Positions 9,217 to 18,376 of a DNA stretch of 32,000 bases are shown here, piece by piece. Each line of letters starts with the position of its first letter. Position 1 is the first letter of the stretch. The notes under the pieces were generated by a model that ran no database searches, was not told the DNA's origin, and was given only the letters and a program-made list of their open reading frames with translations. Both the position numbers and the translations under genes were made by a program. The DNA is taken from the NCBI RefSeq assembly GCF_000009705.1, contig NC_003272.1, forward strand, positions 4,320,001 to 4,352,000, read 5' to 3'. Source of the stretch: Nostoc sp. PCC 7120 = FACHB-418 (lineage in GTDB: Bacteria; Cyanobacteriota; Cyanobacteriia; Cyanobacteriales; Nostocaceae).

Positions 9217-10290
9217 ATGACACAACAGCATTTATTCCCTAGCACTAAAGCCAAGAGCTACAAGTTGTTTTGTTTTTACCTATTAATTTTGACTTCGTTG
9301 CTGCACCCCGCGACCGCAGGTGCGGCTGATATTACTCAACAACTCCATCGTCCTGTTAATAGTTCTATGGGACGGCAATCTAGAGATGAAGCAGACTCAT
9401 TATTACGGGTGGCTGAACAACAATATGCTGCTGGATGTGCAGACAAAGCCATTGACTCTGGTTTGCAAGCGTTGGATATTTATCACCTGATTGGTGATCT
9501 GAGGGCAAAAGGTTTAACTTATAATTTGTTAGCAAAAGCTTATATTGAGTTAGGACGTTTTAAAGAAGGTGAAGACGCATTACGACGAAGGTTAGCGATC
9601 GCTCGTGATACTAAAGACTTTCAATCACAAATTTTCGCCTTGAATAATCTTGGCACGTTGCTACTACAAGCAGGTGAACCCAAAGCCGCCGGAGAAACAA
9701 TTCAAGAAGCCTACACGATCGCTGACAATGTGAAAAATATTGATGGTGAAGGACTATCCTTGAGTAACTTGGGTCTTGTATCGTCTAGGCTGGGAGATTA
9801 CAACAAGGCGATCAAACTTTATGAAACAGCTTTAATTTTCCGCCGTCGGACTGGGGACGCACCAGGAGAAATGAATACTTTAAATAACTTAGGCGATGCT
9901 TACCTAGCGGCTGGCAATTACCCAGATACAATTGGTACTTATGGCGCAGCTATGAGGATTGCCAAAACTCTAGGCGATCGCTCTAACCAATTACGCGCCA
10001 TTGATGGTTTAGTCACAGCTCACAGCGCTGTCGGACGTTATGAACGCGCCTTTGACTTGCTACAACAGCGTTTAACCATCGCTCAAGAATTACAAAATCT
10101 GCGAGAAGAATTAAAGTCCTTTGAATCCTACGCAAAATTATACGAGCAGCTAGGTAACTACCCAACCGCCCGTAATTTTTACGAAAGAGCAATCATAATT
10201 TCACAAACCCTAGAGGATAACAAACAAGAAGTGTTTTTACGCGATCGCCTGACGCAAATGTTGAGGAGTCAAAAGTCTATACTCAAGTAA
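9217..10290 (+). CDS. Secreted or membrane-anchored tetratricopeptide-repeat (TPR) protein
   Basis: N-terminal hydrophobic signal (LFCFYLLILTSLLHPATAGA) followed by about seven 40-aa units with the pattern xLNNLGxxYxxxGxYxxAI. Confidence 0.8.
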   Translation: MTQQHLFPSTKAKSYKLFCFYLLILTSLLHPATAGAADITQQLHRPVNSSMGRQSRDEADSLLRVAEQQYAAGCADKAIDSGLQALDIYHLIGDLRAKGLTYNLLAKAYIELGRFKEGEDALRRRLAIARDTKDFQSQIFALNNLGTLLLQAGEPKAAGETIQEAYTIADNVKNIDGEGLSLSNLGLVSSRLGDYNKAIKLYETALIFRRRTGDAPGEMNTLNNLGDAYLAAGNYPDTIGTYGAAMRIAKTLGDRSNQLRAIDGLVTAHSAVGRYERAFDLLQQRLTIAQELQNLREELKSFESYAKLYEQLGNYPTARNFYERAIIISQTLEDNKQEVFLRDRLTQMLRSQKSILK

Positions 10291-10311
10291 CAACTAACAA
10301 TTGACAACCGA

Positions 10312-11148
10312 CTAGTTCAAAAACACGGAACCGTTATTTTCAATTCTCAACGTGTTTCTGTCTTGACCAACGTTAGTAGTTTCTCTCAATCTCACTTCTA
10401 AAACACCTGATTGTGGGGAAGGCTGAGGAGTTGCTTCTAGCAATCCGCCATCTTCCCGTTGGAATGTGACGGTGACTGGTGCTGCTAAACCTTGGAGTGT
10501 GACATCGGATTTACCTTGCAGCGATCGCGGTGCTGTGTCTCCAATTACCTGATAAGTAACATTAGCACCGCTATCATTAACTAATCTCACGTTTACTCTA
10601 CCGCTCGCCAGAGAAATACGAGTGCTAGGGCTTTGTTGTTGACCTGGTGAGGGTAGGGGACTAACTGGCACAGTAGATTGTCCTGTACCAGGCGCTGGGG
10701 TCTGCGGTGATGGTTGAACACTTGGCTGTGTATTTCCACCTTCAGTTTGTAAACTGCGTTGAGAACGACCATAGGGAGCTTCACTAAAAATCCTGGGGTT
10801 AGGATTTAGTACTGAACTTGTTTCACCACCAACACCCATTCTGATTTGGTCAGCGTTTGGCGTAACAGGAATGCTACTTTGAGGAAGCAATCCTTGATTT
10901 ATGAGTCTTTGAGTAAAAGCATTGGGAGGGCAACCCTGAGGTACTGCAACCCGTTCATTGTGTGGTTGCTCGTAAAAAATTCTCGGACAAGGATTAACTT
11001 TAGAACTGGGCTGAATAGTAGGCTGCTGATTAATTGGCTGTTGTGCTAGTACTGCCTGAGGAATTGCTGATATACCCATCAGTAACCCTCCACAAATTGC
11101 ACTCAATAATTCAGCAGACTTGCGAAGGTTGGAAGAGTTTACATTCAT
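10312..11148 (-). CDS. Secreted Pro/Gln-rich hypothetical protein with a C-terminal beta-rich domain
   Basis: ATG with AGGAG upstream, a signal peptide ending in AVLA/QQP, and low-complexity P/Q/S stretches. Confidence 0.7.
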   Translation of the reverse strand: MNVNSSNLRKSAELLSAICGGLLMGISAIPQAVLAQQPINQQPTIQPSSKVNPCPRIFYEQPHNERVAVPQGCPPNAFTQRLINQGLLPQSSIPVTPNADQIRMGVGGETSSVLNPNPRIFSEAPYGRSQRSLQTEGGNTQPSVQPSPQTPAPGTGQSTVPVSPLPSPGQQQSPSTRISLASGRVNVRLVNDSGANVTYQVIGDTAPRSLQGKSDVTLQGLAAPVTVTFQREDGGLLEATPQPSPQSGVLEVRLRETTNVGQDRNTLRIENNGSVFLN

Positions 11149-11417
11149 AATTTACTCCTAAAAATTTGAGTTTTAGCAAATTGGAAGATTTTTTATTTAA
11201 ATAAATTAAATAAATCTCTACTACAAAAGCAGCATTCTCAATCTACCAGCTATTCTTTTCTTCTTGCTCTAACTTTGGGATTGAAAATATGGATAAAAAT
11301 TGTATATGTCAACCTATATCTTTAGGATGATGAATCCCAATTGATTACGTTGCTAATGATGAAAATATTTATAGATGAATCAGATTAATTTTCTCGGAAA
11401 AATTTAAGTATCCGTAA

Positions 11418-11434
11418 GGTGGGTATTGCCCACC
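11418..11434. repeat. Single GGTGGG-N5-CCCACC hairpin unit of the same family as 653-707
   Basis: GGTGGGTATTGCCCACC lies about 30 nt downstream of the 11466 (-) gene end. Confidence 0.6.
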
Positions 11435-11465
11435 CCACAGTTATTAAGAAGATGCCAGACTTCAG

Positions 11466-11945
11466 TTAAGCTTCTTCCCAAATTTGACGAACTTTATCAG
11501 GCAACCAACTAGAAATTTCTTCAATTCGTTCTGGTGATAATTCATCTTTTGTGGCAGAAAACACAGCTTTTACTACTTGTTCTCTATCTACATTTGGCTG
11601 CATTCCCCCCTCATTAGCTACCCGAAATAAGAAGCGATCGCTATCAATTTTAAAAATGCCAGGGCCTTGCCAAGGTGGACGTACTCGACTCAAGAAGCCA
11701 ACCAGAGGATTGGTATCATGCCACAAATCTGCAATTTCCATTTGCAGAGATTTATCATCACTTTCTTCCGCAGGTTCATGTAATTCTGCTTCAACTCTGT
11801 CCGCAGCTTCCGTAGTCATCAAATCACGCATGACCCGAAAAACCACTTCAGTTATATCTCTGGCATCATAAATATCGCCTAGACCACTTTCTGCTTTTAC
11901 TTTTTCTAAAAAAGGTATATTTTTTTCTGGGATGGAAGTTGTCAT
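11466..11945 (-). CDS. DUF2267-like protein (two tandem helical repeats)
   Basis: FLEKVKAESGL...ARDITEVVFRVMRDLMTTEAADRVEAEL, and a second unit FLFRVANEGGM...VVKAVFSATKDELSPERIEEISSWLP. The ATG is at 11945; the track start at 11957 is TTG. Confidence 0.6.
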   Translation of the reverse strand: MTTSIPEKNIPFLEKVKAESGLGDIYDARDITEVVFRVMRDLMTTEAADRVEAELHEPAEESDDKSLQMEIADLWHDTNPLVGFLSRVRPPWQGPGIFKIDSDRFLFRVANEGGMQPNVDREQVVKAVFSATKDELSPERIEEISSWLPDKVRQIWEEA

Positions 11946-12136
11946 CAAGCCCTCCAAAAGTTTTCTTATACCTGCATTTTTGCCAGCAAAAAACTAGCAT
12001 ATTAAATGACAAATTATTGGTCATTCAACTGCTTGCTGCAATATTTATGGCTAAAGAATGCAAGCCTTACTAAACAAATTAGTATGTAAATTTAGTAGAA
12101 TTCATCTATCACAGGAAACAAATATCAATTATCAAA

Positions 12137-13564
12137 TTAAGACTCTAGAGTTATGGGTAAAGTGACAATAAAAGTAGTACCGTTACCTAAAGTGCTTTCG
12201 ACTAGAATGTTACCGTGGTGATGTTCCACAATAGCTTGCGCGATCGCTAGTCCTAATCCTGAACCTGTAGCATTATCTTTACCTGCATTCCCACTCTTAT
12301 GAGTGCGTGCAGGATCAACTCGATAAAAACGATCAAATAATCGCGGTAATGCTTCAGTCGGAATACCAATTCCCGTATCACTCACCTTAATTTGTAACTG
12401 TGATGTATTATAGCGAACCTTGTCTATACGCATTAGTTCCACATTTACCGCACCACCTGCGGGGGTATAGTGTAAAGCGTTACCAATCAAATTAGTAAAT
12501 AATCGCATCAGTTGATCCCAATTCCCTATCAGTGTGAACCAATGTTCTAATATTTCAGGGCTAGTTTCAAAATCAGCAGGATCAATTAAGTGCAGATTCA
12601 GAGTAATTGCTTTTTCTGTAGCTACAAGCTGTTGTTCTTCCACCACATCCATCAGTAAAGCATCAAGCGGACAAGATGAAAAACCATCTCTGCTTACACC
12701 ACCATCCTGACGTGCTAGAAATAATAAGTCATTGACTAACTTACCCAAACGCTGCGTTAGCCGTTCCACCACCTTTAACTGTTGGCGATAATTGGAAGAG
12801 GTAGTAACCTCAGATTCAGTCAAATCCAAGTCAGCCAAAGCAACTTGGACATTAGTTTGAATCAAAGTGATGGGACTTCTGAGTTCATGGGAAGCATCCG
12901 CAGTAAATTGCTTGAGACGTTGGTAAGATTCACCAACTGGTTCCATTGCTTTACCCGAAAGAAACCATCCACTAGCCGCGACAGAAATCACCATTAACCC
13001 AGTACCCAGCGCCAAGTCAAAAATTAACTGGCGACTCGGTTTAGTTACTTCAAACCAAGGATGACTCACACGCAGATATCCCAAAACTTGCCGTCCAATT
13101 TCCACTCGTTGTGTGACTTGTCGCAATAGTAGTCCTGAATCTTGAGTGGGGATTAGAAGCTTTTGCGTTCCTGGATTTATCCATCTGTCTTGTTTAAAAA
13201 CATGAACAGTTTCACCTGTGCGGTTACTGTGAATAGGAATATTTAAAGGTTCAGAAAAAGTTGACCAGATTAATTCACCAGTGGAGCTAAACCACTCCAG
13301 ATCAATGTGATCATCTTCTACAGTATTGGCATTGTTGCGAAAACTTGCCTCTACATTAATACGTAGCTTCTCAGGCTCACCGTTCACTGGTTCAATGACA
13401 AGCGATCGCTCGACTATTTCCACTACATGATTGAGCGTATCGTCGATCCGTTCCACCAAAGTACTACGGACATATAAATACACACCACTAGCAAACAGCA
13501 GCAACAATACCGCAGTTACCGCAGTGTACCAAATAGCCAGACGGCGACGAGTAGCTTGAAACAT
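12137..13564 (-). CDS. Membrane sensor histidine kinase (two TM helices, periplasmic loop, HisKA, HATPase_c) with no adjacent response regulator
   Basis: H-box FTADASHELRSPIT, N-box LIGNALHYTP, and G-boxes DTGIGI / GSGLGLAIA. The ATG is at 13564; the track start at 13576 is TTG. Confidence 0.9.
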   Translation of the reverse strand: MFQATRRRLAIWYTAVTAVLLLLFASGVYLYVRSTLVERIDDTLNHVVEIVERSLVIEPVNGEPEKLRINVEASFRNNANTVEDDHIDLEWFSSTGELIWSTFSEPLNIPIHSNRTGETVHVFKQDRWINPGTQKLLIPTQDSGLLLRQVTQRVEIGRQVLGYLRVSHPWFEVTKPSRQLIFDLALGTGLMVISVAASGWFLSGKAMEPVGESYQRLKQFTADASHELRSPITLIQTNVQVALADLDLTESEVTTSSNYRQQLKVVERLTQRLGKLVNDLLFLARQDGGVSRDGFSSCPLDALLMDVVEEQQLVATEKAITLNLHLIDPADFETSPEILEHWFTLIGNWDQLMRLFTNLIGNALHYTPAGGAVNVELMRIDKVRYNTSQLQIKVSDTGIGIPTEALPRLFDRFYRVDPARTHKSGNAGKDNATGSGLGLAIAQAIVEHHHGNILVESTLGNGTTFIVTLPITLES

Positions 13565-14540
13565 TGATCTATACAAAAAAACCTGATTCTATCAAAATAA
13601 TTCTTTTTGAATGAACCTTGCAAATACTCTACATCCCTCAGCGTAAAAAAAATAAAATGGCAAAAAACTAAGAACCACCCACAAGGAAGGTATTAAACTT
13701 TGCTCAGGAACATTTTTAAATCTCAGCTACTGGTCTATCAAATTAGTTTTGACGGTTCGTAGTCAGAATTTTAGTCATGATTTTTTTAAGACTAAAATCC
13801 TTACTAAAAACTTGCTGATCCCTCAATTCAAATTATATGACCTACTAAATTGCTCTTTTTTCAGTATTTACCACAGGTTGTATTGTTCCTCTAAGGCAAT
13901 AGTCTTTGGTAAAACAGGGGAATATACTAGTACTTGTGATACATAACAGCCCGGCTCAATAATGCTTAAACTCTTAATAGCTAAATTTTACATTTTTAAG
14001 TATTTTCTCGGAAGCAACCTCTCTGGTATAAAAGTTAAATTCTAGATGCAGTTGACATAGGAGGAAATTTTCTCTGAAAAACAAGCATTAAAGGAAATCA
14101 AGCACCGTTTTTGTAGATGATTTTAAAATGTGTGACCAAGTTATAGTTACCAAAACAAGAAAATTATCTAGTAGTAAGTATTTTCTTTTTCTAATCTCGT
14201 CTTCAATAGCAAAAATAAAACTTAAATCTAATTAATGTAAAGATAAAACAGCTTATCGTGCTGAACTAATCGATATATTTTTACCATTAATTCCAAACAC
14301 AAAAGCAACCGAAATATCCTTGTTTTGTTGCTAACATTCTACTGGGAAAATTAAAATTTTCAGCAGTTATCAGTAGATTAAACTACCAATTTTAAAATTT
14401 CGCTTCCCAACGGCTTTCAGGTTCTTCATGCAACCAGGCAGAAATTTGGCAAAAAGAAGAACAAATAGTGTTAAACCGCCACCAAAATACTTTACAGCCT
14501 TTGCAGTTGTTGAGTTGCTAATAATAAAAGGTAGATAGCT

Positions 14541-17267
14541 ATGGGAACCTACAACGGTACCACACCATTCCCCGATCCGGGCAGTAGCACATCAACCGCC
14601 CTAGACACTGGACTCTTGATTGGAGGCTCGCTCCTCAGCACACCAAGCTTATTTCAAGATAACCTCAGCCGTCTCATTCCATCTGATCTATCTGATTACT
14701 ACAGATTCACTCTTAGCAGTTCCAGCATAGTCACCCTGGAACTGGATGGATTAACAGATAACGTAAATTTATTTTTGCGAAACAGTGCTGGTAGTTCCCT
14801 TGCGGCTTCCAGTAATGCTGGAACTACGGCAGAGAGAATTCGTTTTAGCATTTCTGACCCACCAGATAACCCATTTTACGCACACGCTTTTATCCCCTCT
14901 GGTTCAATTTCCACCCCTTATGATCTTCGGCTTTCCGCAGAAGTTATTCAGCAAAACAATATAAACGACAATACAATAGCTAATGCTAGAAATATTGGTA
15001 CATTTAACACCACTACTAGCATTACTCCCGTAACTGATTATGTTAGTGGTTCAGGTCAAGTTATAGATCAAAACGACTACTATAGTTTCACATTAACCAA
15101 CAGTGGAACAGTTGACATCAACTTAAACAGTCTGAATGGTACAGATACTCTCTATGCTGATCTTCAACTTATAAGTAGTTCCAACTCAGTTATTCAAACT
15201 AGCGCCACTGTTGGAACATCATTAGAATCAATAAGTCGTAGTCTTGCAGCTGGTACATACTATATCCGGGCCTATTCTCAGTCAGATCCCGGTAACTATA
15301 ATTTAGAGTTTAACTTTAGCGCCGATCCACCAGATGCTGGGGGAAACACATCTGATACTTCTACCCCAATTAACCTACCCGCAACCTTTTCAGAGATAAT
15401 TTCGGATCAAGTTAGTCTCGGAGATTCTAGCGACTATTATCAGTTCACTCTAGCTTCAGCATCCCTGGTAGAGATCCAATTCACATCCCTGACAGCAGAT
15501 GCAAATTTATATCTTCAAACCCAAAATGGTGGTAACATTCTCAGTTCAACTCAGCCAGGAACAGCCTTAGATGCCGTTCGGTTGAGTTTGAATGCTGGTA
15601 CTTACAATATTTTAGTTAATCGGGGTTCTACAGAAACTGCACAATATACCTTGAGTGGTTTTGCTCAAGCAATAGGAAATGATCAAGCACCCAACAGTAC
15701 AACATTAGCGCTGAATCTGAACTTAAATAGTCCTATTTCTCTCAATGAATTTGTAGGCAATATAGATACTAACGATTACTATAAATTCACAGTAAATGGG
15801 ACTACAGAAATCAATCTTGATCTAAGTATTTTGAATAGCTATTTATTAGATCCACAACTAGTTAATGCAGATGTGCAAATACTTAACTCTGGTGGTACAC
15901 AAGTAGCTATATCTAACCAAACTGGAAATAGCAACGAAAGCATCAACACCATATTAGGTGCTGGTACTTACTTTATTCGTGTCTATACTTCTGGTTTAGC
16001 TAATACATTCTATGATTTGAATATCACAGCCCAGTCCCAAGCTCTCTTAGTTCAAGATATTAATCCTACTGGTAATTCCGATCCTGCAAACCTTACCACA
16101 TTAGGCAACACACTGTATTTCACAGCTAATGATGGTATAAATGGTGTGCAGCTATGGAGCAGTAACGGTGATATAACTACTCGTTTGAGTAATATCAGTA
16201 GCTTTAACCCTACTAATCTGATAGTTTTCAACAATAGGTTGTATTTCGCTGCTAGTAATGACACTTTCGGTAGAGAACTGTGGGAATATAACGGTACTAC
16301 AGTCAACAGAATTAGTGACATTAATGTTGGTGCTGGCAATTCTAATCCTGGTAATTTAACTGTCGCTGGAAACAAACTTTTCTTTACAGCCGTTGATAAT
16401 GATAGCATCAGGAAACTATGGGTTTATAATGGCACAAACGTTAATTTAGTAGATGTTAACGCAAGTTTTTCTAATAGTAGTACACCCACTTTTACTACTA
16501 CTTTTAATAATCAACTCTTCTTCACAGCCCAAAACAATAGTCAACTTTGGTCAACCGATGGAACTATCGGTGGTACACAGGTTATAAGTGCAGGGGGAAT
16601 AACAAAATCAACTCCTCGTAACTTGACAGTTGTTGGTAATACTCTATATTTCACCGCCAACAATGGCACGAGTGGACATGAAATATGGCAGTATCAAAAC
16701 GGCACTACAGCCAGCCTCTTGGAGGATATTACCCCAGGTAATAATTCTTTTGCCCCTAGTTCTCTGACGGCCGTTGGTAATACCTTATATTTTGTCACAG
16801 ATAGCGACAATGACTTTAATTTGGAACTGTGGAAGAGTGATGGTACTGCGGCTGGAACCGATATTATTGGAACCGATGGACAGGCACCCAACTTGGGTCT
16901 AGGTTCCTTTTCTTTAACTGCTGTGGACAACACGCTCTATTTTGTAGCAAATGATCCGATTTCTGGTTTAGAACTCTGGAAAACAGATGGTACATTTGCC
17001 AACACAGCAGTAGTGAGAAATATCTCAAGTGGTGCTGCTGACAGTCTTCCCACTGGCCTCGTCAACTTCAATGGTACTCTCGCTTTTGCCGCTTCAGATG
17101 GTATCAATCGAGAGGTGTGGTTCAGTAACGGCACAGAGCTAAATACACGCAAGGTTAGCAACATTAACCCTACAGGAAATGCTAACCCTGCTTCGCTCAC
17201 TGTCGTTGGTACGAAACTGTTCTTCACCGCTAACGGGGCTAACGGCACGGAATTATACGTAATTTAA
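14541..17267 (+). CDS. Large repeat protein with four PPC-like (pre-peptidase C-terminal) modules followed by about nine ELWxxDGT-type repeats
   Basis: Four ~115-aa modules each carry DYY[RSQK]FT[LV] and a distal AGTY[YNF]I[RL] motif (roughly 14541-16046). They are followed by ~45-aa units NLTxxGNxLYFxAxD...ELWxxDGT (roughly 16047-17264). No Cys and no obvious N-terminal signal peptide. Confidence 0.85.
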   Translation: MGTYNGTTPFPDPGSSTSTALDTGLLIGGSLLSTPSLFQDNLSRLIPSDLSDYYRFTLSSSSIVTLELDGLTDNVNLFLRNSAGSSLAASSNAGTTAERIRFSISDPPDNPFYAHAFIPSGSISTPYDLRLSAEVIQQNNINDNTIANARNIGTFNTTTSITPVTDYVSGSGQVIDQNDYYSFTLTNSGTVDINLNSLNGTDTLYADLQLISSSNSVIQTSATVGTSLESISRSLAAGTYYIRAYSQSDPGNYNLEFNFSADPPDAGGNTSDTSTPINLPATFSEIISDQVSLGDSSDYYQFTLASASLVEIQFTSLTADANLYLQTQNGGNILSSTQPGTALDAVRLSLNAGTYNILVNRGSTETAQYTLSGFAQAIGNDQAPNSTTLALNLNLNSPISLNEFVGNIDTNDYYKFTVNGTTEINLDLSILNSYLLDPQLVNADVQILNSGGTQVAISNQTGNSNESINTILGAGTYFIRVYTSGLANTFYDLNITAQSQALLVQDINPTGNSDPANLTTLGNTLYFTANDGINGVQLWSSNGDITTRLSNISSFNPTNLIVFNNRLYFAASNDTFGRELWEYNGTTVNRISDINVGAGNSNPGNLTVAGNKLFFTAVDNDSIRKLWVYNGTNVNLVDVNASFSNSSTPTFTTTFNNQLFFTAQNNSQLWSTDGTIGGTQVISAGGITKSTPRNLTVVGNTLYFTANNGTSGHEIWQYQNGTTASLLEDITPGNNSFAPSSLTAVGNTLYFVTDSDNDFNLELWKSDGTAAGTDIIGTDGQAPNLGLGSFSLTAVDNTLYFVANDPISGLELWKTDGTFANTAVVRNISSGAADSLPTGLVNFNGTLAFAASDGINREVWFSNGTELNTRKVSNINPTGNANPASLTVVGTKLFFTANGANGTELYVI

Positions 17268-17392
17268 AAGGAGGTGATGCTTAAAAGACAAAATCTATCT
17301 GAACGATAAACATCCATAAATGGTTGCAGTTTCACGAAGATTTCAGCCAATTGTAGCCAAACATCGCATTGATTGAATCAGATTTACTAACA

Positions 17393-17408
17393 GTCAATAC
17401 AAATTGAC
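17393..17408. promoter_or_regulatory. Candidate operator palindrome GTCAAT-N4-ATTGAC overlapping a TTGACA hexamer, 34-49 nt upstream of the first subunit gene
   Basis: Perfect 6-bp inverted arms. TTGACA is at 17404-17409. No well-spaced -10 hexamer was found. Confidence 0.3.
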
Positions 17409-17441
17409 ACAAACACAAACTATAGGGAGACTTATTTCATC

Positions 17442-18047
17442 ATGAAGAACAAATTTTTAGCTCTAGCCGCTTTTGGTGCTGCTGCTTTAGGTACTGCAAT
17501 TGTTTCTGCTCCTGCTCACGCACAAATTCCTCAAGGTAGTGGTCCACAGAGCAATATTACCGTTAACGTATCCGTTCCCGAAATTCTGTATCTGAGAACA
17601 ATTACAGATATTGATTTAACAATCGATGCTGCTGATTTGACCGGTGCTACATTAAACGCAGTAGCAGGAAGCAACCCTCCTGCTTTTACTGGAACTCAGA
17701 ATCTTGAAGATGGTGCTGGTCTAGTTGATACTAATTCTCCATTTGCTGGAGGATTTGCAGATGGTGTCCCTGTCGTAAAAACCATTCCCAGTGCCTACGT
17801 TGTTTGGTCTAATTCTCCTACAGGGAACTACCAAGTACAAGTAACAACACCTGGTGGTGGACTTGTTGGACCTGGTGGTGGAGTAGTTAACGTTGCAGTT
17901 AACGGCGCTAATCCATCTACACAGACTGCTCAAGGTTTAATTAATGCCACTGCTCAAAATATTTTATTAGACCTAGCGGCTGCAAGTGGCACCATCTCTG
18001 CTGGGACTTACACAGGCAACATCACAGTTGAAGCTTTTAGACCGTAG
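17442..18047 (+). CDS. Secreted pilin/fimbrial-subunit-like protein A (201 aa)
   Basis: GGGAGA lies upstream of the ATG, and the signal peptide ends AHA/Q. The mature protein is G/T/N/V-rich and Cys-free. It has an alternating-hydrophobic N-terminal segment (NITVNVSV) and a C-terminal GTYTGNITVEAF strand. Confidence 0.7.
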   Translation: MKNKFLALAAFGAAALGTAIVSAPAHAQIPQGSGPQSNITVNVSVPEILYLRTITDIDLTIDAADLTGATLNAVAGSNPPAFTGTQNLEDGAGLVDTNSPFAGGFADGVPVVKTIPSAYVVWSNSPTGNYQVQVTTPGGGLVGPGGGVVNVAVNGANPSTQTAQGLINATAQNILLDLAAASGTISAGTYTGNITVEAFRP

Positions 18048-18074
18048 TCTATTGATTTTTTCCTTAATGACATT

Positions 18075-18195
18075 AGGAGAAATAAACTGCCTCAAACCTC
18101 GCAAGTAAAAAGCAGATTTATCTCCTATTGCCTATACGATTCAGTTTACTGATTAGCTTTCTGAATCAATGCTTTAACCCCCTGAAACATGGGGG
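18075..18195 (+). other. Three consecutive stem-loops in the 329-nt spacer after subunit gene A, possibly an attenuator or RNA-processing region
   Basis: AGGAGAAATAAACTGC/GCAGATTTATCTCCT (18075-18126), GATTCAG/CTGAATC (18138-18167), and CCCCC/GGGGG (18178-18195). Confidence 0.35.
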
Positions 18196-18376
18196 CTATC
18201 TTCCCTACTACATTTTTGAGGCAGTAGTTTCCTATCTTTATTAAGATTGAGTTTCTTTTATTCTACCGCCGCATATCTCGACAATGTATAAAGTTTTGAC
18301 ATAACACATTGTCCAATTAGTAAAGTCGGGAAATAAATATTACTCTACATGGCTATGAGGTGGATAATTTACAATT

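Noticed and set aside
10593-11049. ORFs 10593..10784 (-) and 10846..11049 (+) within the P/Q-rich secreted protein gene
   Set aside because: These are off-frame or antisense products of a low-complexity region. The 278-aa frame has a start, an SD and a signal peptide.
11551-13946. ORFs 11551..11871 (+), 12782..12997 (+) and 13749..13946 (+)
   Set aside because: The first two are antisense to the DUF2267-like and histidine kinase genes. The third lies in AT-rich spacer and has a Phe/Lys/Leu/Ser-rich nonsense composition.
16052-17248. Three long minus-strand ORFs (118, 79 and 103 aa) opposite the ELWxxDGT repeat region
   Set aside because: The stop-free antisense frames result from the biased, repetitive codon usage of the repeats (many GGT/AAT/ACT codons). 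Their translated sequences simply mirror the repeat periodicity.
17268-17309. Perfect anti-SD complement AAGGAGGTGAT right after the ELWxxDGT stop codon, with a 10-codon mini-ORF (ATG at 17277, MLKRQNLSER*)
   Set aside because: The ATG overlaps the SD-like sequence, leaving essentially no spacer, so it is unlikely to be a functional initiation site. The peptide is tiny. I noted it only as a curiosity.
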